NCBI GenBank assembly: GCA_032128395.1
Contig: JAQBGV010000184.1
Span: forward strand, 3,907-67,906
From: Planctomycetota bacterium
GTDB lineage: Bacteria; Planctomycetota; UBA8108; UBA1146
Length of the DNA: 64,000 bases
Direction: 5' to 3'
The notes beneath the pieces are model-generated. The model was not told the DNA's origin and searched no databases. It saw only the letters and a list, made by a program, of their open reading frames with translations. The position numbers were made by a program, and so were the translations under genes. How positions within the stretch are numbered: the stretch's first letter is position 1; every line of letters begins with the position of its first letter. Of the stretch, positions 19,796 to 28,101 are shown piece after piece.

Positions 19796-20004
19796 TCACG
19801 GTTGCCTGTCCCGCCTGTCGCGAGCGGAAAGTCGATCGGGAGGAACCGACCTTTCCGTTTTGCTCCCCGGAGTGTCGGGATCGAGATCTCACCGGCTGGG
19901 TGGAGGAGAAATACCGCTTCCCAGGGGCTCCCGCCCCATCCGCAACCAGTTTCGGGGATGAAGCGGGGGGTGGAGCTCCATCGGACGAGAGTCTCGAGGA
20001 GTAG
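19792..20004 (+). CDS. yacG: YacG-like zinc-binding protein (DNA gyrase inhibitor family)
   Basis: CPACRER...PFCSPECRDRDLTGWVEE matches YacG CPxC...FCSxRC...DL..W pattern. Confidence 0.5.
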   Translation: MITVACPACRERKVDREEPTFPFCSPECRDRDLTGWVEEKYRFPGAPAPSATSFGDEAGGGAPSDESLEE

Positions 20005-20131
20005 CCACTGGATGGAGAACGGGGTCCAGCCCGCCGTTCGGCGCAGCCGGACCCCGCTACTCCGAGAACTCTCTCCAAGAACAGCTCTTCCCCTCAGTCT
20101 CTTCCCCTCAGTCGCGACTCACTTCGAGCGG

Positions 20132-20731
20132 CTACTGGCTGTTCCCGATCAGACCCTTCGGAATGTCGGTGTCGGGGAATTTCTCCTTGGGAACGAACTT
20201 GCCGCTGTTGTCGGCGAAGTATGCGTTGACGCCGTGCTCGTGGTTTTCGTCGATTCCAGCGTCCTCATCCTTGACCGAGTCATCGCTGACGATGATCACG
20301 GTCCCCTTCGCGCTGTTGGTCTTCTGCACCGCGAGGTAGGCGTAGCTATTGTTCTCTTCGGTCAGGACGAACTTGTTGTCATCGTCGGTTTCCGCCGCGA
20401 TATCCAAGACGGCTGCGGGACAGATGAACTGCTCCGGCTTCAGTTCCCCGGGGAACCGGTCGACAAGTTTCTGGAACGACTCGAACGCGAGAGGGTTCTT
20501 TCCATTGCCGAAGGGGAACCTTCCTGAGTTCCCCGACTCATCTGCGTAGGCGAGTACCATCGCGCCGATCCCTTTGATCTTGCTCAGGCACTCGACTTCC
20601 TTCGCCTTCGTCCGTGCTCGGATGATGTTCGGAACTAGGAAACCAGCGAGCGCTCCGATGATGGCGACCACCACCAGTAGCTCGACCAATGTGAACCCGT
20701 TCCTGCGGGACGCCCCGTGGACCCTACCCAT
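20132..20731 (-). CDS. Prepilin-type N-terminal cleavage/methylation protein with C-terminal H-X9-D(G/N) (DUF1559-like) motif; PVC-type pseudopilin-like protein. The ORF's upstream Met at 20791 is less likely.
   Basis: Leader ...RRNG|FTLVELLVVVAIIGALAG with Phe+1/Glu+5; C-terminal HEHGVNAYFADNSGKFV resembles DUF1559 HxxGxNxxFxDGSV. Confidence 0.65.
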   Translation of the reverse strand: MGRVHGASRRNGFTLVELLVVVAIIGALAGFLVPNIIRARTKAKEVECLSKIKGIGAMVLAYADESGNSGRFPFGNGKNPLAFESFQKLVDRFPGELKPEQFICPAAVLDIAAETDDDNKFVLTEENNSYAYLAVQKTNSAKGTVIIVSDDSVKDEDAGIDENHEHGVNAYFADNSGKFVPKEKFPDTDIPKGLIGNSQ

Positions 20732-21110
20732 TCGTCTCTCCTTCCACTTGCTCCATTTCGATCCGCCCCTTCTCCATCGATCGGCCTCCATGGTTCGGCC
20801 AGGTCGACCGATGAGCCCTCGGCGGGGAACGTCTTCTCTCAGCTACACCCCAGCCGACGAGTTCAGGACGGCGCATGACCCGGATCGGCAGCCAACCCCC
20901 CCTGTACGCCCCAAAAGGAGACAGTTCGCTCGGGGGGGCCCGGGAGGCGATCGGACCAGTCGCGTCGATCGCTATTCTAGTCCGTCGCCCCGATTTTTCC
21001 AACCGCGCCGGGCGTCAAGAGTTCGAACGATGGGACGGGATGATGCTCAGGACGTTGCATTCTGGGCCTCAGGCGACCCCACGATCGCGCCAGCTGCGTC
21101 CTCGGCGACG

Positions 21111-21140
21111 TTGACAGGTCTGCGGCACGGATCCTATAAT
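21111..21140 (+). promoter_or_regulatory. Perfect sigma-70 consensus promoter TTGACA-N18-TATAAT
   Basis: TTGACA at 21111-21116 and TATAAT at 21135-21140; next + strand CDS begins 440 bp downstream. Confidence 0.5.
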
Positions 21141-21589
21141 CCGTCCCCTGCGAGGGTTGGGATCTCCGATCTCCCTTGTTCTCGGGACCCTTCTTGCGGG
21201 GGGCCTTTCCAGATTCGCAGTCTCGCAGGCTGTTGCTCGTCGGATCGGGTTCTCTCGTGTGCTGTGACCCGATGAGGACGATCCTCCCGTAGAGTGTGTT
21301 GTGAGTTCCTTCGCTTTTCGGTCGCGGGTCGTCGGGTCCGTGCAGCCATCGATCGATGGGAATGCCGGCTACGCTCAGCGCGCCAGGCATCGGAAGCAGA
21401 GTTCGGAAAGAGAATCCGGAGCGGCGTCACCCTGCCGAGCGTAGCCCTGATCTTCGGAGGTTCGCACCCGGTGGGTGGTACCTCGCGAAGTCGCCTCGGG
21501 CGATCGCGGTCGTGGGATCCCACTCCCCTTCCCGCCTCATCTCCGGCCGGGCATCCGGCACGGTCGAGGGGTCCTGAAGGAGGTTTCCT

Positions 21590-22282
21590 GTGTTTCGTTC
21601 TCGACGGTGCTTCTGGGCAGTCCCGGTACTTTTCTCGCTGGTGGCGCTGGGACTCGCTCCGATCGCACCATCCTCCAGCGTGCGCGCTGTCCAGGACGCC
21701 TCGGACATTCCGCAGCTCGATTTCACTGCGGGCCAACCGAAGTCGGTCACGATCTACCCCGGTAGCGGCAGCGGGATCGCCCCGGGCGGATCGCTCGAAT
21801 CCGGGCGGCTGTACTGGTACCTGCCCTACACCCTGAAGAACAAAGGCGAGAAGGCCGGCTCGTTCTTTGTCACGGTGCGCGCGTACTCCGACAAAGGCCG
21901 CAGATACAGCGACCTCGCGCTACCCTTCGTCGAGGAGCGCGTCGAGAAACTGGAGCGCCGGAAGCTCTTCTCGAAGGCGGATCTGCTCGCTGAAGGGGAA
22001 GGGATCGGCGCGTACATCCAGTACGCACCGGACTCCGACCGCGAGTGCGTGGCGATCTTCAATCCGATCGACCCGGAAGCGGACGAGATCACGGTCCATA
22101 TTCATGGGCTGATCGATGACATCGAGATCCAGGAACTCCCCAACGGTGGATTCAAGGTCACGGAGCGGGTTCTCGTCCTGAAGTACGAACGCCCGGGGGA
22201 CGAGTTCTACACCTCGCTCGATAGTTTCGAGTTCAAGAGCCGGGAATGGACAAAGCGCACGACGGAGACTCCACCGCAGTGA
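21590..22282 (+). CDS. Secreted hypothetical protein with signal peptide
   Basis: N-terminal signal-like sequence AVPVLFSLVALGLAPIAPSSSVRA; coding-like composition; no recognizable domain. Confidence 0.45.
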   Translation: MFRSRRCFWAVPVLFSLVALGLAPIAPSSSVRAVQDASDIPQLDFTAGQPKSVTIYPGSGSGIAPGGSLESGRLYWYLPYTLKNKGEKAGSFFVTVRAYSDKGRRYSDLALPFVEERVEKLERRKLFSKADLLAEGEGIGAYIQYAPDSDRECVAIFNPIDPEADEITVHIHGLIDDIEIQELPNGGFKVTERVLVLKYERPGDEFYTSLDSFEFKSREWTKRTTETPPQ

Positions 22283-22536
22283 CTGCGGGTCCCCAGGAAC
22301 TCGGGCCTGGAGACCTCAGCCCGGAGGAGCGGATCCTCCTGATCCTGCGGGATGAGCTCTACGACGGTTCTTGGGAGGAGATGCGAGCGGACCTGGTCGG
22401 CCGGAGGGACGGAAAGCCCTTCATCTTCCAGCTAGCGAGCCGAATCGATGAAGATCTGGAGCGGATCGCCCGTCTCGCCCGATATGAGAGTGAGCACGAC
22501 CTCGATCTGGGGGAGCTCCTCGACGACGAGGGGTAA
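22246..22536 (+). CDS. Small acidic hypothetical protein (start uncertain)
   Basis: ORF only; overlaps the end of the previous gene. Confidence 0.25.
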   Translation: MDKAHDGDSTAVTAGPQELGPGDLSPEERILLILRDELYDGSWEEMRADLVGRRDGKPFIFQLASRIDEDLERIARLARYESEHDLDLGELLDDEG

Positions 22537-22582
22537 GCCCAGGCACTCGTCGCAAGCGGCGGCGCCGGAAGGGAACTGAGCT

Positions 22583-23821
22583 GTGCAAGGACGTCGGCCT
22601 GTGCAAGGAAATCGCTGGATCCTTGGCCTCTCGGGAATGATCCTCACGCTGAGCATCGGCTGCAGCGGTGGGACTCCCCAGGGAAAACCGGACGCGGTGA
22701 CGAGCCGGAAGATGACACGGGGGGACTCCTCGGGAGCGATCCCCGAGAGCCGCCTCGAAGAGATCGGATTCCGCACGCTGTGGAAGACCTCTACCGGCGG
22801 TCCGATCGTCCAAGCTTGGTGCGTCGGCAACAACCTCTACGTAGTCCGCACCGGCACGGATGACCCGTTCGTCCTCGAGAAGCTCGACGGCGAGTCGGGT
22901 CTCACCGTGTGGCGCTACGGTCTCCGGGAGAAGCTCGACTACCCTCCGAAGGTGTACTCCTACCCGAGCGAGCTTCGGGCGGTGAACCCAGACGAACTCT
23001 ACATCATCCAAGAGGATGACCTGGTCGGCATCGATGATCGGTACGGCCAGAAGGAATTCGGGGTGACCTTGGGCTTCCCCGTCTCGACCGCCGCGGTCCC
23101 CGACCAGGATCATGTCTACATCGGTTCCTGGAACCAACGGATGTACGCGATCCACAAGAAGACGCGTCTCGAGCAGTGGAGCTACATCACCGACGACTCG
23201 ATCACCGCCGCGCCTGCGGTCGGTAGTGCAAACGTCTACTTCGGGAGTGAGGACCACCTCGTCTACAGCCTCACCCGAGGGGGAGGCTACGTCCCGAGCC
23301 GCTCTTGGACCCTGAAAACCAGCGGCCGTATCACGGCCGAGCCTTTGATCTACGGGGATCGGATCTTTGTCGGGTCGGGCGACTACAAGCTGTACTGCCT
23401 CGAGGATGTCGGAGCAGAAGCGTTCACCCGGTGGTCCTTCCCCTGCGGAGCGCCCGTGGTTCGCCGCCCTTTCGCATTTCGGGACTGGGTCTTCGCGGTA
23501 ACCCAGGAGACCCGCCCTGACGGGTCGCTCCGGTGGAACGTGAACAGCCTCGGCGCGGTGCGTGGGGACAGCCGCTGGGAAGCTGCCGGAGTCACTGAAG
23601 TGCTGGCTGCGGATGCGATTCACTGCTACGGACTCGACGTCGACGGCAACATTCAGGCTCTGCGACTCGATTCCGGGCAAGTGAACTGGACCCTCGAAGC
23701 GAATGGGTTCGGGCTCATCCTGGGACAAGACGCCCGACTCGGGGCAGACAAAGCGTGGTGGGGACGAATGTTCCTAGTCGGCGGCGATGGGCTGGTGCAA
23801 GCGATCCGTCCGCGGCGGTGA
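22583..23821 (+). CDS. Lipoprotein with PQQ-like beta-propeller repeats (BamB-like fold)
   Basis: Lipobox LSIGCSG; repeated VY(I/F)GSxDxxLY(A/C/S)L motifs typical of PQQ/WD-like propeller blades. Confidence 0.6.
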   Translation: MQGRRPVQGNRWILGLSGMILTLSIGCSGGTPQGKPDAVTSRKMTRGDSSGAIPESRLEEIGFRTLWKTSTGGPIVQAWCVGNNLYVVRTGTDDPFVLEKLDGESGLTVWRYGLREKLDYPPKVYSYPSELRAVNPDELYIIQEDDLVGIDDRYGQKEFGVTLGFPVSTAAVPDQDHVYIGSWNQRMYAIHKKTRLEQWSYITDDSITAAPAVGSANVYFGSEDHLVYSLTRGGGYVPSRSWTLKTSGRITAEPLIYGDRIFVGSGDYKLYCLEDVGAEAFTRWSFPCGAPVVRRPFAFRDWVFAVTQETRPDGSLRWNVNSLGAVRGDSRWEAAGVTEVLAADAIHCYGLDVDGNIQALRLDSGQVNWTLEANGFGLILGQDARLGADKAWWGRMFLVGGDGLVQAIRPRR

Positions 23822-23880
23822 TATCGGAGGGGGCATTCGAAGAGCCCCTTGGTCGCAGAAGCGGCGGGCGTGCACAGTCC

Positions 23881-25404
23881 TCAAGTCAGATCGATGGATC
23901 GCGCCTCGGGCATCCCGCGAATCGCAGGGTGCGCCGCGTCGAAGCGGTGAAGTCCCAGCAGGAATCCGATCGGATCCACATCACCTGAGGGAACGACTTC
24001 GACCGTGCGCGTCCCTCCGCTGTTCGGGGGACGGATACCCGGGATCCAGATGACCCCTTCGGTCCCGGCGATCACCGGATACTCGACCCGCCACCGCGCG
24101 GGAATCCCCGCGCTGCGCAAGAGTTCGCCGACCCGATGCGCGATTCCATCAAGGTGGATCCGGTCGTCGGTTCTCGCCCCCCGAACGAACAGATCGGATC
24201 CGGCGGGAAGCCGGGCGGAGAGCGAATTCGTGGGAGAGTCACGCTTTTCGGTACCGGCCCGAATTTGGGCTCCCCGCCATTCGATCGTGCCCCGGTCGGG
24301 GATGAGGATCGGTGGAGTGGCGGAACGGGGTGGACGCGCCGATCCGAACACCAAGACCCAGCCACCGGCGCGATCGATCGAGGCACCTCTCGGCAGATCG
24401 TAGTGATGTCCGTCTCCCACGCCGTCGATGAATCGCCTCCAGATGCGGTGATGGTCTCGCGTCAACGCCCCTGATCTCCCCTGTGACCGACTCCAAACTT
24501 CAAAGAGAACGGTGCTGGCGAGCGCCGGCACGACCTGGAGGACCTCCACGACCGCGGGAGGCAGTGCGGCGTGCGGCGGCGCGATCCGCACTTCCTCGAG
24601 GAGCGGCTCGACCTGGCGTGCCAGCCGCTGGACCTCGGATCGGGCCCCGGTTGCGATCGAAAGGAGTGCGGACTCGGCCGACGGACTCCACTCTCCTCGC
24701 AAGAGCGGGAGGAGCTGGTGTCGGATCCGGTTCCGCCGCGGAGCGAGGCAACGGTTCGATACATCCTCTCGGTGGGGGAGCCCGGCGGAGATGCGATAGG
24801 TGGCGAGCTCCGCGCGGGAGAAGGCGAGACAAGGACGCCACAGTTCCACCTCCGGGAGTCCCGGCAGAGGGCGGCGCGCCGGCATCCCCGCGAGTCCCCG
24901 GACCCCCGCGCCTCGAAGGAGATGCAGGAGGACCGTCTCGACCTGGTCGTCCTGGTGGTGTGCGGTCAAAACCGCGGTGACCTGCTTCTGGCGCCCCCAT
25001 CGTGCAAAAGTAGCGAGTCGTGCCTCGCGTCCCGCAGTTTCGATCGACACCCGGTCGCGAGAGGCTCGGGCCGCCACATCCACTTCCTCGACCGTGCATG
25101 AGACTCCGAGGGAGTGTGCGAGATCCCGGCAGAACTTCGCGTCACCGCTCGACGCCGCCCCCCGGAGTCGATGGTCGAGGTGGCCCGCGGTGACTTCGAC
25201 CTCGGGGTGGTACCGGTCGCGCCAGGCGAGCACGAGAGAGAGGAGCGCGACCGAGTCACTCCCCCCAGAGAGCGCGATGAGCAGGCGGCCCTCGCTCGGC
25301 AAGGGGCCGAGCGCAACGAGGGCCAGGTGAAACCTATCGAGGAGAATCGGTGCGCTCTCAGGTGTCGCCGTTCGCCCGGTCACTCGAGGAAATCGATGCG
25401 CCAC
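23881..25404 (-). CDS. tilS: tRNA(Ile)-lysidine synthetase
   Basis: PP-loop SGGSDS (LLIALSGGSDSVALL), HxxDQxET motif (HHQDDQVETVLLHLLRG), C-terminal TilS_C-like region. Confidence 0.8.
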   Translation of the reverse strand: MAHRFPRVTGRTATPESAPILLDRFHLALVALGPLPSEGRLLIALSGGSDSVALLSLVLAWRDRYHPEVEVTAGHLDHRLRGAASSGDAKFCRDLAHSLGVSCTVEEVDVAARASRDRVSIETAGREARLATFARWGRQKQVTAVLTAHHQDDQVETVLLHLLRGAGVRGLAGMPARRPLPGLPEVELWRPCLAFSRAELATYRISAGLPHREDVSNRCLAPRRNRIRHQLLPLLRGEWSPSAESALLSIATGARSEVQRLARQVEPLLEEVRIAPPHAALPPAVVEVLQVVPALASTVLFEVWSRSQGRSGALTRDHHRIWRRFIDGVGDGHHYDLPRGASIDRAGGWVLVFGSARPPRSATPPILIPDRGTIEWRGAQIRAGTEKRDSPTNSLSARLPAGSDLFVRGARTDDRIHLDGIAHRVGELLRSAGIPARWRVEYPVIAGTEGVIWIPGIRPPNSGGTRTVEVVPSGDVDPIGFLLGLHRFDAAHPAIRGMPEARSIDLT

Positions 25405-26183
25405 TCGAACTCGAGCGGAGGCCTCGCCTCTCGGGGTGGGGCTGCGAGGGGATTCAATGTCGCGATCGCTCGCTCGATGGTGCGAGGATCGAGCCCGCTT
25501 CCGGGAGGGAGTCGCAGTCCGAGATCGTAGATGTAGCCCGAGTCGTCGATGCGGAAGCTCAGAATGCAGCGGAATCGAGCCTGATCCTGACGGACGAAAC
25601 GGGCCCCCGGGTGGACCGACTCCAGAGCGAGTTGGACCCTCTCGCGCACTTCGATGAATCGGTATCGGGTCTCGGCGCTCTGCCTTCGGATCTTCTCCGC
25701 GGTCAGGTCGAGGAGAGCTTCGATGCGGGTCGTGTCGAGGTCGATTGGATCTGACTCAGGAGAGTCCAAGTCCGCGAACGGGACCGAGACCGTGACCGAG
25801 TCCGTGACCGAGTCCGTGACCGAGTCCGTGACCGAGTCCGTGACCGTGTCCGTGTCCGTGCCCGAGACCGAGACCGTTGCCGGGAGATGGTCCGGGACCT
25901 GGTCGGACACGGTTGCCAGGACCGGGTCCGTATCTGTCGCCATGATGGGCTCCTCGACGGCCCTTTCGAACGCCTCTGCTTCGGGCTCTCGCTGTGATTC
26001 CCTGGACACGATCGGGGGGGGAGGCTCAGCCGGCAGCCACTCGACCATGACGGCGATCGATCCCGATTCGCTCGTTTCTCCGGGGCCCGGGACCAACAGG
26101 AAGAACAGCAGATGGAGGCCTAGGGAGACCCACAACGCCACTGCGAGCGTTCGATCCTCCACGCGCAGCGCCCCCTCCACCAA
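25380..26183 (-). CDS. TonB-like energy transducer with an unusual (TDSV)n repeat linker
   Basis: N-terminal TM (LAVALWVSLGLHLLFFLLV), acidic repeat linker encoded by 12-bp tandem repeats, C-terminal region resembling the TonB_C fold (FRCILSFRIDDSGYIYDLGLRL). Confidence 0.4.
   Translation of the reverse strand: MVEGALRVEDRTLAVALWVSLGLHLLFFLLVPGPGETSESGSIAVMVEWLPAEPPPPIVSRESQREPEAEAFERAVEEPIMATDTDPVLATVSDQVPDHLPATVSVSGTDTDTVTDSVTDSVTDSVTDSVTVSVPFADLDSPESDPIDLDTTRIEALLDLTAEKIRRQSAETRYRFIEVRERVQLALESVHPGARFVRQDQARFRCILSFRIDDSGYIYDLGLRLPPGSGLDPRTIERAIATLNPLAAPPREARPPLEFEWRIDFLE
25782..25860 (+). repeat. 12-bp tandem repeat GACCGAGTCCGT (about 5 copies plus variants) inside the TonB-like gene, encoding (TDSV)n on the minus strand
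   Basis: Visible perfect periodicity in sequence. Confidence 0.6.
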
Positions 26184-26208
26184 GGAGCAGCCTCGCGTAA
26201 CGCTCGGC

Positions 26209-28002
26209 TCACTTCTCGAGCCAGCGGCGCCAGGCGTACTCCAGATCTGCCACGCTATCGTAGCCCGCCACCTCGCTCAAGGCAGGCTCCACTCCTCCTA
26301 GAGCCACCCTTTTCGCGAAGACGAGGAGTTCGAGGAGGCCGAGTCTTTCCCGGAGGAACTCGACTATCGACGCAGACGCTGCATAGAAGAGCGGTGCACT
26401 GGCCTCGGGGATCTTCTCCGCGCCGAAGAGCTCCGCCAGGGGGATCTGGACCTCCGAACGGGCTGCGTCGAGCAGAGTCCGACGACGGTGGCGGCGCAGG
26501 AGTTCTGGCTCCTCCGAGCACGCGATCCCCTCCTCCAGCCACGGGGGGAGGACCAGGCCGCGACCGATCCGGTGAGGGAGGAGCAGGTGCACGAGTTCGT
26601 GCGGAACCACGGCTGAGGTCAGCCGCGCCGCATCGCCATTCAGGTGCACCTCCTGACGGACGAGAATCCCGTACCGTCGATCGGTCCTGACGAATCCATC
26701 GCACCCGCTGATCTGGGGGGCTCCTTGCGCCAAGAGCGCCTCACGCCCCGGGTGCAGGAAAACCGCGACTTCGAGATCGGAGGGGAGCGCGGGTTGCCCC
26801 CCGAACCAGCTCGCCTCGAAGTGAGAAAGGTCGCGACGAAGTGCGTCGAGGACACCCTCTGCATCGAAGCCCTCCACGTGGTGGACCACGAACGGGCCCC
26901 CTTGGATCGACCCGCGAAGCTCCAGGTCCGTTCGGCCGACGGGGAGTTCCGGTTCCGCCGAGAACAACAGGGCGACCCCGCGCTGTACGCGCTCGGCCGC
27001 CTTCTGGCGAAGCTCCTCGAGGTATTTCTGCCCTTCGATGGTCTGCTTGTGCTCGCCCGCGAGCTGTGCATAGATCTTCCCCGCTGCGCGGTAGTCCCCC
27101 TTCGCCTCCTCGATCAATGCAAGATGAAAGAGGATGGCGGGATCGTCCGGGAGGATCTCGAGCGCGGCGCGGAGCTCATGGTCCGCTTCATCGAAGCGTC
27201 CCTGTTGAAGGTACGGACGGATCCGCTCGATCTCGCAGAGTGCGAACGGTTCCCGCACGTCGAGGAGGCGGTCCGGGTCGAGTTCGAGGGTCTCGAGATA
27301 GCGCGCCCGCGCGGGTTCGAGTCGACGGCCGAGGAGAGCGTCGTGACCGAGCCTGAGCGCCGCAGCGGCGAGGGGCTTGCGCCACCGCTCCGCACGGTGG
27401 GGGTTCTCCGTTCGGAGCTCTGACCAGAGGCGATGTGCGGTTTCGAACGACCCTTCGTGCCACGCTGCGATCGCCCGTCTCTCCCGCGAAGCCCGTTCCT
27501 CCCGAAGAATCCGGATCCGCTCGCGAATGGGGGACTCGACCGCGGGGTCTCCTCCGAGGGCACGATGCTCGTCGAGGAGTGCCTCCGCATCGCCGAGCCT
27601 GCGGGCCTCGACCCTTTGATCCGTCGCTCGCTCCAGGGTTCGCAGCAATTCCGATCGCCGGCCCGGATCCTCCGGTGCGAGCTCGAACGCTCGGCGGACC
27701 AGATCGAGCGCCTTCGAGACATCTCCCGCCTTGAGGATGCGCTCGCTCGCCTCGCGGAGATATTCGGACTCCCCCGCCCGGGTGATTTCGAGTACGTCGC
27801 GACGGGGAATCGTGATCCGCCCGTACGGAACTTCGACGATGAGCTGCCGGTCGGACTCCGAGATGATTCGACCGCTGACCACTCCGCCGTGTCGTAGCCG
27901 GATCTCGTCCGCGTTCACCGCTCCCGACCGGGCGAGCCCCGCGAGGGTGATCGAAAGCACGAGAATTGCCGACCAGGGTCGGTTGACGCGTCGTCCCTCC
28001 AC
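26209..28002 (-). CDS. Secreted TPR-repeat protein with a C-terminal HExxH (HELVH) zinc-metallopeptidase-like domain; GTG start at 28002 inferred. The annotated 1016-aa ORF extends antisense through purB and is rejected.
   Basis: Signal peptide RPWSAILVLSITLAGLARSGAVNA after GTG with upstream GGAGAGAGAGGA RBS; TPR-like helical repeats; HELVHLLLPH motif. Confidence 0.55.
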   Translation of the reverse strand: MEGRRVNRPWSAILVLSITLAGLARSGAVNADEIRLRHGGVVSGRIISESDRQLIVEVPYGRITIPRRDVLEITRAGESEYLREASERILKAGDVSKALDLVRRAFELAPEDPGRRSELLRTLERATDQRVEARRLGDAEALLDEHRALGGDPAVESPIRERIRILREERASRERRAIAAWHEGSFETAHRLWSELRTENPHRAERWRKPLAAAALRLGHDALLGRRLEPARARYLETLELDPDRLLDVREPFALCEIERIRPYLQQGRFDEADHELRAALEILPDDPAILFHLALIEEAKGDYRAAGKIYAQLAGEHKQTIEGQKYLEELRQKAAERVQRGVALLFSAEPELPVGRTDLELRGSIQGGPFVVHHVEGFDAEGVLDALRRDLSHFEASWFGGQPALPSDLEVAVFLHPGREALLAQGAPQISGCDGFVRTDRRYGILVRQEVHLNGDAARLTSAVVPHELVHLLLPHRIGRGLVLPPWLEEGIACSEEPELLRRHRRRTLLDAARSEVQIPLAELFGAEKIPEASAPLFYAASASIVEFLRERLGLLELLVFAKRVALGGVEPALSEVAGYDSVADLEYAWRRWLEK

Positions 28003-28101
28003 CGGCGATGATCCTCTCTCTCCCCGGCGCGGCGGCCGAGGACGGATTCCATCCTCCGTATCGGCCCGATCGGAGCCGCACTGCTGTTCATTCGCGGGAG
28101 C

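Noticed and set aside
21350-21460. Possible SRP (4.5S) RNA in the leader downstream of the consensus promoter
   Set aside because: Only partial resemblance (CAGG..CGGAAG..AGCAG) to the domain IV consensus, and the GGAA tetraloop context is not reproduced. Reported only as a structured leader or possible sRNA.
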